This document shows, one piece after another, positions 15,225 to 23,875 of a stretch of DNA of 39,536 bases. This DNA is from an uncultured Candidatus Saccharibacteria bacterium (GTDB lineage: Bacteria > Patescibacteriota > Minisyncoccia > Portnoybacterales > UBA2143), in assembly GCA_964650035.1 (NCBI GenBank), contig CAZYSH010000003.1, forward strand, positions 1 through 39,536, read 5' to 3'. A program made the translations under genes and the position numbers. The notes under the pieces are model-generated. The model searched no databases and was not told where the DNA came from. It saw nothing but the letters and a program-made list of their open reading frames with translations. How positions within the stretch are numbered: position 1 is the stretch's first letter; each line of letters starts with the position of its first letter.

Positions 15225-16637
15225 ATGTTAAATGACTCTAAAAACAATATCACGAAAAATATATCTCGTCAGAAGATAAGAGTTAGAATTGCGCCCAGTC
15301 CAACCGGATTATTACATTTAGGAACAGCCCGGACCGCGCTTTTTAATTATCTTTTTGCTAAAAAAAACAAAGGTAAATTTATTTTAAGGATTGAAAATAC
15401 TGATAAGGAACGTTCTAAAAAGGAATATGAAAAAGACATTATAGAAAACTTGAAATGGTTGGGTTTAAAATGGGATGAAGAGCCAGTTTACCAAAGCGAG
15501 CGAATTGAAATCTATCAGAAATATATTGAAAAACTCCTGGACTCGGGCCAGGCCTTTTATTGCGACCATACTCCAGCAGAATTAGAAAAAGAGAAAAAGA
15601 AACAGATGAAGAATAAAGAAGCGCCCAGACATATTTGTAATCGCAAAGGCAAGACAAAAAAGGGGATTATTAGATTCCGCTGCTCAGATAAAAAAATAGT
15701 TTTTAATGATTTAATCAGAGGCAAACTTGAGTTTGAAGGAGACCTCTTAGGCGATATTAGCATTGCTAAAGACGAACAGACCGCCTTGTATAATTTTGCG
15801 GCGGCTATTGATGATGTTGAAATGAAAATTAGCCAGGTGATTAGGGGAGAAGACCACATTTCTAATACGCCTAAACAAATTCTAATTCAAGAGGCCTTAG
15901 GGCTAGTCCCTCCGCAATTCGCTCATCTGCCTTTAATTTTAGGACCGGATAAAAGCAAAATGAGTAAACGGCATGGCGCTGTTTCAATTAAAGAATATAG
16001 AAAACAGGGATATCTTTCAGAGGCAATACTTAACTTTATGGTTCTTTTGGGTTGGAATCCGGGCACAGAAAAAGAAATATTTTCCTTAAAAGAATTAATT
16101 AGAGAATTTTCTTTAGAAAGAGTTCATAAAGGCGGGGCTATTTTCAATATTCAACGTTTAGATTGGCTCAATGGCCAATATATTAGAAAAATGGATTTAG
16201 ACAAATTAACTGAAAAATGTTTGTTGTATTTGCCGAAAAATGTTGATTTTGAATATAGTAAAAAAGTAGTTGCCTTAGAACAAGACCGGCTCAAAAAATT
16301 AAGCGAAATAACAGAATTAACTAAATTCTTTTTTGCTGATAAGCTGGACTATGGTAAAGAACTCTTAATTTGGAGGAAAATGACCCTAAAACAGGTTAAA
16401 AAGAACTTGAAAATATTAGAGAAAGAATTGGCAAAAATAGGGGATTTTAGCCAAAAATCATTAGAAAGCGCTTTTATACCTTTAAGAGAAAAGCACGGCA
16501 CTGGCGAGCTTCTATGGCCTTTAAGAGTGGTTTTATCAGGCCAAAAGGCATCACCCGGGCCTTTTGAAATAATGGAGGTCTTAGGTAAAGAAAAGAGCAT
16601 AAAAAGAATTAAAAAGGCAATAGAGATGATAAAATAA
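15225..16637 (+). CDS. gltX: glutamyl-tRNA synthetase
   Basis: class I HIGH-type motif (SPTGLLHLGTAR) and KMSKR motif. Confidence 0.95.
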   Translation: MLNDSKNNITKNISRQKIRVRIAPSPTGLLHLGTARTALFNYLFAKKNKGKFILRIENTDKERSKKEYEKDIIENLKWLGLKWDEEPVYQSERIEIYQKYIEKLLDSGQAFYCDHTPAELEKEKKKQMKNKEAPRHICNRKGKTKKGIIRFRCSDKKIVFNDLIRGKLEFEGDLLGDISIAKDEQTALYNFAAAIDDVEMKISQVIRGEDHISNTPKQILIQEALGLVPPQFAHLPLILGPDKSKMSKRHGAVSIKEYRKQGYLSEAILNFMVLLGWNPGTEKEIFSLKELIREFSLERVHKGGAIFNIQRLDWLNGQYIRKMDLDKLTEKCLLYLPKNVDFEYSKKVVALEQDRLKKLSEITELTKFFFADKLDYGKELLIWRKMTLKQVKKNLKILEKELAKIGDFSQKSLESAFIPLREKHGTGELLWPLRVVLSGQKASPGPFEIMEVLGKEKSIKRIKKAIEMIK

Positions 16638-16665
16638 ACGGCACTCTATTTAAAAAGAGTGCCGT
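16638..16665. terminator. hairpin between convergent gltX and the 90-aa ORF
   Basis: ACGGCACTCT-ATTTAAAA-AGAGTGCCGT; T-rich tail only in the minus-strand direction. Confidence 0.6.
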
Positions 16666-16682
16666 TGATTCGTCTTGTTAGT

Positions 16683-16955
16683 TTATTTATCGTTTTTTTT
16701 GAAGAGGAAACTGGGATAAGTCCCTTCCTCTATTTTTTCCACTTTCATTTCATGCGTCAGGGCAATTGCCTGGGCAAGAACCTCTGCTATAAAGGGGATA
16801 AGCTCATTAGCATTGACGAGATAATAAATATACATGTCTGTATATCCTTCGTTCTTTTTATTCTTTCTCAAGAAAGTGAATCCATCTGAATCAAAAGAAA
16901 GAATATCCCCAGGTTGCAAAGTGGTCTTTTTATCATCTTTATCTTTTAAAAACAT
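16683..16955 (-). CDS. hypothetical protein, 90 aa
   Basis: strong SD AAGGAGGG 4 nt before the ATG at 16955; monocistronic between a hairpin and a divergent gene. Confidence 0.6.
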   Translation of the reverse strand: MFLKDKDDKKTTLQPGDILSFDSDGFTFLRKNKKNEGYTDMYIYYLVNANELIPFIAEVLAQAIALTHEMKVEKIEEGTYPSFLFKKNDK

Positions 16956-16967
16956 TTTTCCCTCCTT

Positions 16968-18305
16968 ATGTTAAGTTACAATATTAATGAACAGAGTAAT
17001 ACAAAAAATCAATTATGTCAACCTATTTGGTGGGCTTTATTATTGTTATTGGTTTTATTTATCTTGCCTTTAGCCGCGCAAGGGGATTTAATTGATGAAT
17101 TAAACAGCCAAATTCAGGAACAAGAGACAAAACGGACTGAATTAGAAAAGCAAGCGGCCGAATATCAGGCGATTATTAACCAGAAACAGGGAGAAATTAA
17201 AACATTAAATAACCAGATTGCCATTTTCAATGCCCGGATTAATAAATTACAAGTTGAAATAAATATTACTGAAGATGATATTAAACAAACTAAGTTAAAA
17301 ATTTTACAATTGGAATATGGCATTGACCAAACAGGGAGGGATATTGATTCTCAAAAAGATAATTTAAGTAAAATTATTCAAACAATCGCTGAATTTGACC
17401 AAACAAGCCAGATGGAAATGATTTTAGCCAGTGAAGATTTTTCTGATTTTTTTACTCAGGTAACTTATTTGGAAAATTTACAAAATGGCGTTCAAGAAAA
17501 AGTTAATACCCTTAAAACGCTTAAAAATCAATTAAGCCAGGATAAAGAAAGTAAAGAAGAGAAAAAAGAGAGATTAGAAGAGCTTAAAACGCAATTAGAT
17601 AATCAAAAGTGGTCTTTGGCCAGCCAGAGGAACTCAAAAGAAGCTGTCTTGAAGTATACCAAAGGAGAAGAAAGCCAATACCAGCAAATGTTAGCCAATA
17701 TTGAAAAACAGAAAAAAGAATTATTAGGCGATATTAATCGTTTAATGCAGCAGAAGGCGGCTGAATTAGCTCGTTTAAAAGAACTTCAAGAAAAGCCGCC
17801 TTCACAATATTGGGCTTCGCTTAATTGGTATTATAAACAGGATGACCCGCGTTGGGCTAAGACCACTATTGGAGTAAGTAATTCCAAATTAGAAGATTAC
17901 GGTTGCGCGGTTACAGATGTAGCTATGATTTCCACTTATCATGGAAACACTATTACGCCTGCTCAATTAGCTAAAAAGTCAATCTTTTATTATGATTTAA
18001 TTGTTTGGCCAACTAGATGGGGGAATATGCGTTGTACTAATTGTCCGCCGCCTCATACTTCTTCTTTTGATTGGTTTAAGTTGGATAGAGAATTGGGCGC
18101 TGGTTACCCAGTAATTGTCTTTGTTCGGGCCAAGGGTCGGGGAGCAGGACATTATATAGTGGTTCATCATAAGGCAGCGGATGGGCGGTATGTAGTCCAT
18201 GACCCGCTTTTTGGAGCTAATATCTATTTAGATTCAACTCAAGTCTATATTTCAAACTTATACGATACTACTACGTATCTAGATCAGATGGTTGTTTATC
18301 ATTAA
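16968..18305 (+). CDS. secreted coiled-coil protein with C-terminal papain-like cysteine peptidase domain (PcsB-like architecture)
   Basis: signal/anchor IWWALLLLLVLFILPLAAQG, about 250 aa of heptad-rich Q/E/K sequence, then DYGCAVTDVAM ... GHYIVVHH ... HDP (Cys-His-Asp arrangement). Confidence 0.75.
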   Translation: MLSYNINEQSNTKNQLCQPIWWALLLLLVLFILPLAAQGDLIDELNSQIQEQETKRTELEKQAAEYQAIINQKQGEIKTLNNQIAIFNARINKLQVEINITEDDIKQTKLKILQLEYGIDQTGRDIDSQKDNLSKIIQTIAEFDQTSQMEMILASEDFSDFFTQVTYLENLQNGVQEKVNTLKTLKNQLSQDKESKEEKKERLEELKTQLDNQKWSLASQRNSKEAVLKYTKGEESQYQQMLANIEKQKKELLGDINRLMQQKAAELARLKELQEKPPSQYWASLNWYYKQDDPRWAKTTIGVSNSKLEDYGCAVTDVAMISTYHGNTITPAQLAKKSIFYYDLIVWPTRWGNMRCTNCPPPHTSSFDWFKLDRELGAGYPVIVFVRAKGRGAGHYIVVHHKAADGRYVVHDPLFGANIYLDSTQVYISNLYDTTTYLDQMVVYH

Positions 18306-18457
18306 ATTGAAGATATGAAATTGAAGATATGACTTTTTCGCTAACGCAAATTTCCCCAGCGAGGAAATTTGCTGCTGCGAATTACTCGCTCTTTTTGCTT
18401 CGCAAAAAACCATGCCCGCTCGTAATTCGACGCCGCTCAAAAGTATATCTTCAATTT
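18304..18457. repeat. palindromic element family 1, copy B, with a 14-nt tandem duplication of the left arm
   Basis: AAATTGAAGATATG at 18304-18317 and 18318-18331; arms 18318-18341 / 18435-18457 (imperfect); core 18342-18434. Confidence 0.85.
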
Positions 18458-18515
18458 CTATTTGCCTACCTAAGCTTTTGAAACTAACTCCCTTATCTAA
18501 AGTTTTTTCTCATGG

Positions 18516-18534
18516 TTAGGAGTGCAACTCCTAA
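18516..18534. repeat. 19-nt palindrome variant TTAGGAGT-GCA-ACTCCTAA, 24 nt upstream of the ATG at 18559
   Basis: both arms carry the compensating change (G to A paired with C to T) relative to TTGGGAGT/ACTCCCAA. Confidence 0.8.
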
Positions 18535-18558
18535 AGATCCTAACTTCGAATTATCTTT

Positions 18559-18981
18559 ATGAAATATATTATAATTATCTTAATATTGTTTATTTTTTCT
18601 TCTAATTTTGCTTTGGCTCAAGATGCTGATCCAGTGGACCCGGTGATTAAATGGTTAAATAAAATTCAGCAGCAAACTGAACAAAAAGTTATTAAACCCG
18701 TGCAACAATTAATTAACTCAATGAAACAAAAAGACGCTGACAAAAAAGGACAAGAATTATTACAAGAAGCCCAAAATCTGGTCGAACAAAAGCAGGAAGA
18801 ATTGACCAATAAAGCGCAAGAGAGAATAAAACAGGAAATTAAAACAGGGGCAAAAAATTGGTTTAAAAATAGGGTAAAATGGATTGAGGAAAAGTTTGCT
18901 CCCCTAAAAATTAAAGTTCAGGAGGGGAGCGCTCTAATTAGAGAGTGGGCAAATAAGATAAAAAATTATTTATTTGAATAG
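18559..18981 (+). CDS. secreted coiled-coil protein, 140 aa
   Basis: signal peptide (IILILFIFSSNFALAQD) followed by K/Q/E-rich helical sequence. Confidence 0.65.
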   Translation: MKYIIIILILFIFSSNFALAQDADPVDPVIKWLNKIQQQTEQKVIKPVQQLINSMKQKDADKKGQELLQEAQNLVEQKQEELTNKAQERIKQEIKTGAKNWFKNRVKWIEEKFAPLKIKVQEGSALIREWANKIKNYLFE

Positions 18982-19030
18982 AAAAAATAAATAAATATGT
19001 GATAGACAGATTAGGGAAGAGTAGGGTGGG

Positions 19031-19039
19031 TTATCCACA
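19031..19039 (+). promoter_or_regulatory. consensus DnaA box TTATCCACA
   Basis: exact 9-mer, in the loop of GGGTT/AACCC, 9 nt upstream of a -35 hexamer. Confidence 0.3.
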
Positions 19040-19047
19040 AACCCAAT

Positions 19048-19076
19048 TTGACGGCCTCAAAGCCGTATATTAAAAT
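19048..19076 (+). promoter_or_regulatory. promoter candidate for the recombinase gene
   Basis: TTGACG (19048-19053), 17-nt spacer, TAAAAT (19071-19076). Confidence 0.45.
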
Positions 19077-19127
19077 AGATATAAGGTCGCACAATATACC
19101 TTAATAGACATTTAGCATACCAATAAT

Positions 19128-20069
19128 ATGAAAAAGAGCCAAAAACCACTTACTCAACATTTAACTGATTTTTTGGACTGGCTTGATATTGAAAAAGGTT
19201 TATCTAATAAATCACAGGAAAACTATTCCCGCTTCCTCAAAAAATTCGTCAATTGGTTGGAAAAAAACAACCTAGATAATTTAAAACCTCATCAGCTCTC
19301 CCCCACTCATATTTGGGAATATAGGGTTTACTTATCTCGTTATTCAAAAAAACCTCTCAAAAAATCAACCCAGAATTATTATTTAATTGCTTTAAGGTCA
19401 TTTTTGAATTATTTTGCAAATAGAGATATTCTTTCCTTGCCAGCTGAAAAAATTAAATTAGCTAAAGACAAAGGTGAGAAAAAAATCCATTTTCTAACCT
19501 TAGAACAAATAGAAAAACTACTTTCTACGCCTGATACTAAAAATAAAAGCGGCTTACGAGATAGAGCTATTTTAGAAAGTTTATTTTCTACTGGTTTAAG
19601 AATTGCTGAGTTGGTTTCACTGGACCGAGATCAAATAAACATTAAACCAACTGCCACTTATTTAGAATTAGGTATTGTTGGTAAAGGCAATCGTCCTCGG
19701 ACCGTATATTTTTCTGAAAGAGCTCTTTATTGGTTAAAAAAATATTTAGATACTAGAAAAGATAATAATAAGGTCTTATTTATTAATTACCAAAGTAGAA
19801 AAAACGCTTCACGACGTTTGACTGATCGTTCTATAGAAAGAAATATTAAAAAATATGCCTTAATGGCTGGTTTACCTTCAAATACTACTCCTCATACAAT
19901 TCGTCATTCTTTTGCTACCGACCTTTTATCTCAAGGAGTTGACTTGCGATTAATTCAGGAATTTTTAGGTCATAGCAATATTGCTACCACTCAAATTTAT
20001 GCCCATGTGACCAGTAAAAAATTAAGGGATGTTCATCGTAAATTTCATGGTGGTAAAAACTTAGAGTAA
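19128..20069 (+). CDS. tyrosine site-specific recombinase, XerC/XerD family
   Basis: SAM-like N-terminal domain; catalytic region with R...HTIRHSFATDLL...LGHSNIATTQIYAHV. Confidence 0.9.
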   Translation: MKKSQKPLTQHLTDFLDWLDIEKGLSNKSQENYSRFLKKFVNWLEKNNLDNLKPHQLSPTHIWEYRVYLSRYSKKPLKKSTQNYYLIALRSFLNYFANRDILSLPAEKIKLAKDKGEKKIHFLTLEQIEKLLSTPDTKNKSGLRDRAILESLFSTGLRIAELVSLDRDQINIKPTATYLELGIVGKGNRPRTVYFSERALYWLKKYLDTRKDNNKVLFINYQSRKNASRRLTDRSIERNIKKYALMAGLPSNTTPHTIRHSFATDLLSQGVDLRLIQEFLGHSNIATTQIYAHVTSKKLRDVHRKFHGGKNLE

Positions 20070-20085
20070 AAGTTAAAATATAATT

Positions 20086-21249
20086 ATGCGTATTTCATAT
20101 TCCGGGATGGAGACGTTTAGCCAATGTCCGGCCAAATACAAATTTCAATATATTGACCGAATTAGAGTCCTTAAATCTAAAGAGGCGGTGTTTGGCACTC
20201 TAATTCATGAATGCCTTAAATATTTTCATGAACCAAGCCAACTGACTCCTCCTCAAGAAGAACAATTATTAAAGTATTTTACTGAGAAATGGAATCCTGA
20301 TGTCTATCAAGATAAACAAGAAGAGGCCTTTGCTTTTCATCAAGGAGTTGATATTTTAAAAAAATATTATTCTCAAAACCAAAATAAACAATTTAATATT
20401 GTTAATTTAGAGACGCCCTTTGGGGCGCCTGTTTTAGAAGATAAAGATTTTCACCAAATCACCGGTCGAATTGACCGAATTGACAAATTAGAAGACGGAA
20501 CTTTTGAAGTAATTGATTATAAAACAACTAAAAAAATGCCGGCTCAAACAGATGTGGATAATAATTTTCAATTATCCATCTATTACCTCGGTATAGCTAA
20601 TCGCTGGCCTTCAATTAAAGAGCAAAATCGGCCAGTCAAATTATCTCTTTATTATTTAAGGCATGGCGAGAAACTTTCCGCTTTTAAAAATAATCAAGAA
20701 ATAAAAGAAACCGAGAAGAAAATTCTGGATTTAATTAATCAAATAAATAGCAGTAAATTTGAACCAAAAACCAATCCGTTGTGCGATTGGTGTCAATATC
20801 AGCCCCACTGCCCGCTTTATAGGCATAAGTTCATTAAAGAACAATCCCCTGCTCCTGATGATAGAAAAATTAAACAAGTACTTAAAGAGTATTTTGAAAT
20901 TAAAGAAAAACAATCTACAGAAACAAAACGTCTTGGCGAATTAAAAGAAATGATTAATCAATATTGCGACAGCAAAGGAATTGACCGTGTCTTTGGCGAT
21001 GACGGCTATATTACTCGCCTACCTCAGCAAAGATTCAGTTATAATTTAGATAAAGTCAGGCAAGTTTTAGAGCCAATTGGCAAATGGGATTATATTTTGA
21101 CTATTGATAAGACAAAATTTAAAAAGATAGTTGATTCTTTGTCTTATGACCTTAGAAAACAGATTAATGAAGCTAAAACTTTAGACAGAGAGTTTAAGAT
21201 GCTAAAAATATGGAAGAAGCCGACAATAAACTCTAAAAATGTTTTTTAG
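20086..21249 (+). CDS. PD-(D/E)XK nuclease with Cas4/AddB-type Cys cluster
   Basis: GRIDRIDKLEDGTFEVIDYKT (D...E-x-K) motif; N-terminal Cys (FSQCP) plus C-terminal CDWCQYQPHC, as in 4Fe-4S RecB-like nucleases. Confidence 0.8.
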   Translation: MRISYSGMETFSQCPAKYKFQYIDRIRVLKSKEAVFGTLIHECLKYFHEPSQLTPPQEEQLLKYFTEKWNPDVYQDKQEEAFAFHQGVDILKKYYSQNQNKQFNIVNLETPFGAPVLEDKDFHQITGRIDRIDKLEDGTFEVIDYKTTKKMPAQTDVDNNFQLSIYYLGIANRWPSIKEQNRPVKLSLYYLRHGEKLSAFKNNQEIKETEKKILDLINQINSSKFEPKTNPLCDWCQYQPHCPLYRHKFIKEQSPAPDDRKIKQVLKEYFEIKEKQSTETKRLGELKEMINQYCDSKGIDRVFGDDGYITRLPQQRFSYNLDKVRQVLEPIGKWDYILTIDKTKFKKIVDSLSYDLRKQINEAKTLDREFKMLKIWKKPTINSKNVF

Positions 21250-21253
21250 TGGT

Positions 21254-21315
21254 AATCCAAGGACTGTCCTCATATTTGCTTTCTTAAAAGCAAATATGAG
21301 GACAGTCCTTGGATT
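21254..21315. terminator. hairpin family 4, copy 1: perfect 26-bp hairpin between convergent genes
   Basis: AATCCAAGGACTGTCCTCATATTTGC-TTTCTTAAAA-GCAAATATGAGGACAGTCCTTGGATT. Confidence 0.8.
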
Positions 21316-21343
21316 GCTAAAATATATCTCTAATTTCCGAAAA

Positions 21344-21721
21344 CTATGGCTTATAGTATTTCTCAAAACTACCACAACGGACGTATCCGGCATTCTTTGC
21401 CTCTTGTTCTGAATCAAACCAAATTCTATTCTGTTCCCCTATTTTTTTAGCCCAAGGACAATCTGGCCAATGATATTTATTGCTATTAACGCTGCCGATA
21501 AATTTATTTTGTTTATTTGATTCTTCTGAAATTTGACACTCGTTCGTTAAAGATTGTTGAATTGAAGCAGTGGGATTTTGAATAATAATTGATTGATTGT
21601 CTTCTGAAAAATCAATTAATAAACCAGCACCAAAACTAACTAAAGCAATTGAAAGAATAATAACAGTCAAAAATATATCAGATTCATGCTTCTTGACGGT
21701 TTGTTTAAAATTGTTTAGCAT
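21344..21721 (-). CDS. membrane-anchored protein with C-terminal Ada-like/sunset-type metal-binding motif
   Basis: one TM helix, then KYHWPDCPWAKKIGEQNRIWFDSEQEAKNAGYVRC; ATG at 21721 preferred over the upstream in-frame extension to 21799. Confidence 0.6.
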   Translation of the reverse strand: MLNNFKQTVKKHESDIFLTVIILSIALVSFGAGLLIDFSEDNQSIIIQNPTASIQQSLTNECQISEESNKQNKFIGSVNSNKYHWPDCPWAKKIGEQNRIWFDSEQEAKNAGYVRCGSFEKYYKP

Positions 21722-21829
21722 AGATATATGTCGCTCTGAGGAATCCCTACTAAGCAATGGGGCTGGTAGGTTTCGCCGTATAAAAACAAAAAACAACAAA
21801 AAAGTATTCCCAGGGCGACAATTTTCATC

Positions 21830-22102
21830 ATGTCAAAGACAAAATCAGCTGGTTCAACAAGATTAGGCCGGGACTCCCGACCGCAATATTTAGGAATTAA
21901 ACTTTTTGGCGGAGAAAAAGTAAAACCGGGTAATATTATTCTTCGCCAACGAGGCAGTAAATTCCTTGCCGGAAAAAATGTCCGTAAAGGCAAAGATGAT
22001 ACCCTTTATGCTATTAAACAAGGGGTTGTTAAATTTGTTACTAAAAAATTTAAGAAATTTGATGGCAACAGAAGAATCGCGAAAGTGGTTAATGTAGAAT
22101 AA
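21830..22102 (+). CDS. rpmA: 50S ribosomal protein L27
   Basis: [12 protein letters not shown]...LGIKLFGG...[10 protein letters not shown] matches the conserved L27 core. Confidence 0.95.
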   Translation: MSKTKSAGSTRLGRDSRPQYLGIKLFGGEKVKPGNIILRQRGSKFLAGKNVRKGKDDTLYAIKQGVVKFVTKKFKKFDGNRRIAKVVNVE

Positions 22103-22127
22103 ACTCAACAATCTTAATTTAATTTAG

Positions 22128-22162
22128 AACCAAAAAAGCATCGTAACGATGCTTTTTTGGTT
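22128..22162. terminator. bidirectional intrinsic terminator between rpmA and pyrG
   Basis: AACCAAAAAAGCATCG-TAA-CGATGCTTTTTTGGTT. Confidence 0.85.
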
Positions 22163-22166
22163 TATT

Positions 22167-23789
22167 TTAGGAACATGCTTTAATAAATTCCCTAAATAAA
22201 GGATGGGGTTTGATAGGACGAGACCTAAATTCCGGATGAAATTGAGTGGCAATAAAAAAGGGATGATTCTCTAATTCGATTATTTCCACTAAATTCTTTT
22301 GCGGATTAATTCCGGAAACCACCAAGCCATTTTCTTCCAAAATATCTCTGAAATCATTATTTAACTCATAACGGTGACGATGTCTTTCAAAAACATCCTT
22401 TGTTTTATAGGCCCGTTGAGCCTTTGTTTTTTTGACTAAACGGCAGCAATAGGCGCCTAAACGCATAGTTCCCCCATAATGTTTGTCTTGAAGATTGATT
22501 TTTTGTTCAGGCATTACATCAATTACTGGATACTTTGTTTCGGGATTAATTTCAACTGTATGAGCGTCTTTTAATTTACAGACATTTCTGGCAAATTCAA
22601 TTGTAGCTAACTGCATTCCATAACAAAGTCCTAAATAAGGAATCTTATTTTTACGGCAATATTCAATTGTCTTAATTTTACCTTCCACTCCCCTTTCTCC
22701 GTAACCGCCTGGCACAATGATTCCGTCAAATTTCTTTAATTCTTGAATCTTATTTGGATTTTGCTCATAGGCCTCGGAATTAATCCAATGGATTTTTGGA
22801 TTCTTTTTATGATGCCAAGTCGCGTGTTTAACGGCCTCAATTACTGATATGTATGAGTCGGATAAAACAAAATCACCCGTACCGAAATATTTGCCGACAA
22901 TGCCGATATTAACTTCTTGGTCAACATCTTTAATTGTTTTAACTAAATTCTTCCATTTTCTAAAATCTTTTTTCTTAGATTTTAGAGCAAATTTATTTAA
23001 AATTTTGTCGCCTAATTTGTCCTTTTCAAAATTTAAAGGCACTTCATAAATATTCTCGATATCAGGCGCTGAAATAACATCTTCTTTATTTACATTGCAA
23101 AAAACAGAGATTTTTCTTTTACGAGGTTCATCTAAAGAATATTCTGAACGGCCAATAATAAAATCAACTTGGATGCCGGCTGAATTTAAAGCTCTAGCCG
23201 CTAATTGAGTCGGTTTTGTTTTCATTTCCCCAAGTTTCTTGGGGACCGGCACATAACTAACTAAAATAAAAAGAACATCCTTGGGATATTTTAAACGAAG
23301 CATTCTAGCTGCTTCTAAAAACAAAATATTCTGATACTCACCAACTGTTCCACCGATTTCTATTAAAGCAAAATCTAATGAATCCTTTTTAGCAACTTTT
23401 CTAATTCTTCTGATAATTTCTTCTGGGATATGGGGCACTACCTCAACGCATCTCCCCCCGTAACCTAAATTTCTTTCCCTATTTATTACTGCTTCGTAAA
23501 TTTGGCCGGTGGTAATATAGTTATCAGCGTATATGTCTTTATCTAAAAACCTTTCATAATTGCCAATATCCTGGTCTGTTTCAATGCCATCGTCAGTCAC
23601 AAAAACCTCGCCATGTTCAACCGGGTTCATCGTCCCGGCATCAACATTAACGTATTGATCTATCTTTATTCCGGCCACTTTATAACCTTTACTTTGAAGA
23701 ATATTGGCAATAGAAGCTGTAGCCACTCCTTTGCCAATACCTGATATTACTCCGCCAACAACAAAAATGTATTTTGTATTATTAGCCAT
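22167..23789 (-). CDS. pyrG: CTP synthase
   Basis: N-terminal synthetase domain (GGVISGIGKG) and C-terminal glutamine amidotransferase (GLCYGMQ, HRHRYE). Confidence 0.97.
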   Translation of the reverse strand: MANNTKYIFVVGGVISGIGKGVATASIANILQSKGYKVAGIKIDQYVNVDAGTMNPVEHGEVFVTDDGIETDQDIGNYERFLDKDIYADNYITTGQIYEAVINRERNLGYGGRCVEVVPHIPEEIIRRIRKVAKKDSLDFALIEIGGTVGEYQNILFLEAARMLRLKYPKDVLFILVSYVPVPKKLGEMKTKPTQLAARALNSAGIQVDFIIGRSEYSLDEPRKRKISVFCNVNKEDVISAPDIENIYEVPLNFEKDKLGDKILNKFALKSKKKDFRKWKNLVKTIKDVDQEVNIGIVGKYFGTGDFVLSDSYISVIEAVKHATWHHKKNPKIHWINSEAYEQNPNKIQELKKFDGIIVPGGYGERGVEGKIKTIEYCRKNKIPYLGLCYGMQLATIEFARNVCKLKDAHTVEINPETKYPVIDVMPEQKINLQDKHYGGTMRLGAYCCRLVKKTKAQRAYKTKDVFERHRHRYELNNDFRDILEENGLVVSGINPQKNLVEIIELENHPFFIATQFHPEFRSRPIKPHPLFREFIKACS

Positions 23790-23797
23790 AAAAAAAC

Positions 23798-23816
23798 GGA
23801 TAATCCTCCATTATCC
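23798..23816 (-). promoter_or_regulatory. small hairpin presenting GGAGG in its loop, upstream of pyrG
   Basis: minus strand GGATAAT-GGAGG-ATTATCC, then 8 nt (GTTTTTTT) to the ATG. Confidence 0.4.
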
Positions 23817-23875
23817 CAAAATCATAAAATCTTCTATATTTTTAAAAAGTCGTACCTCCCAAATTTCAAACTGCT

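Noticed and set aside
14911-15231. 106-aa plus-strand ORF bridging the palindrome and gltX
   Set aside because: It has no SD and an odd composition, and it overlaps the gltX start. The antisense 68-aa ORF has a strong SD, TM-helix organisation and a terminator, so it is the better call.
21597-21993. ORFs 21597-21866 (+) and 21715-21993 (-), and the upstream extension of 21344-21799
   Set aside because: They overlap rpmA or the sunset-domain gene in other frames and have low-complexity or unlikely composition. rpmA and the shorter 21344-21721 ORF account for the region.
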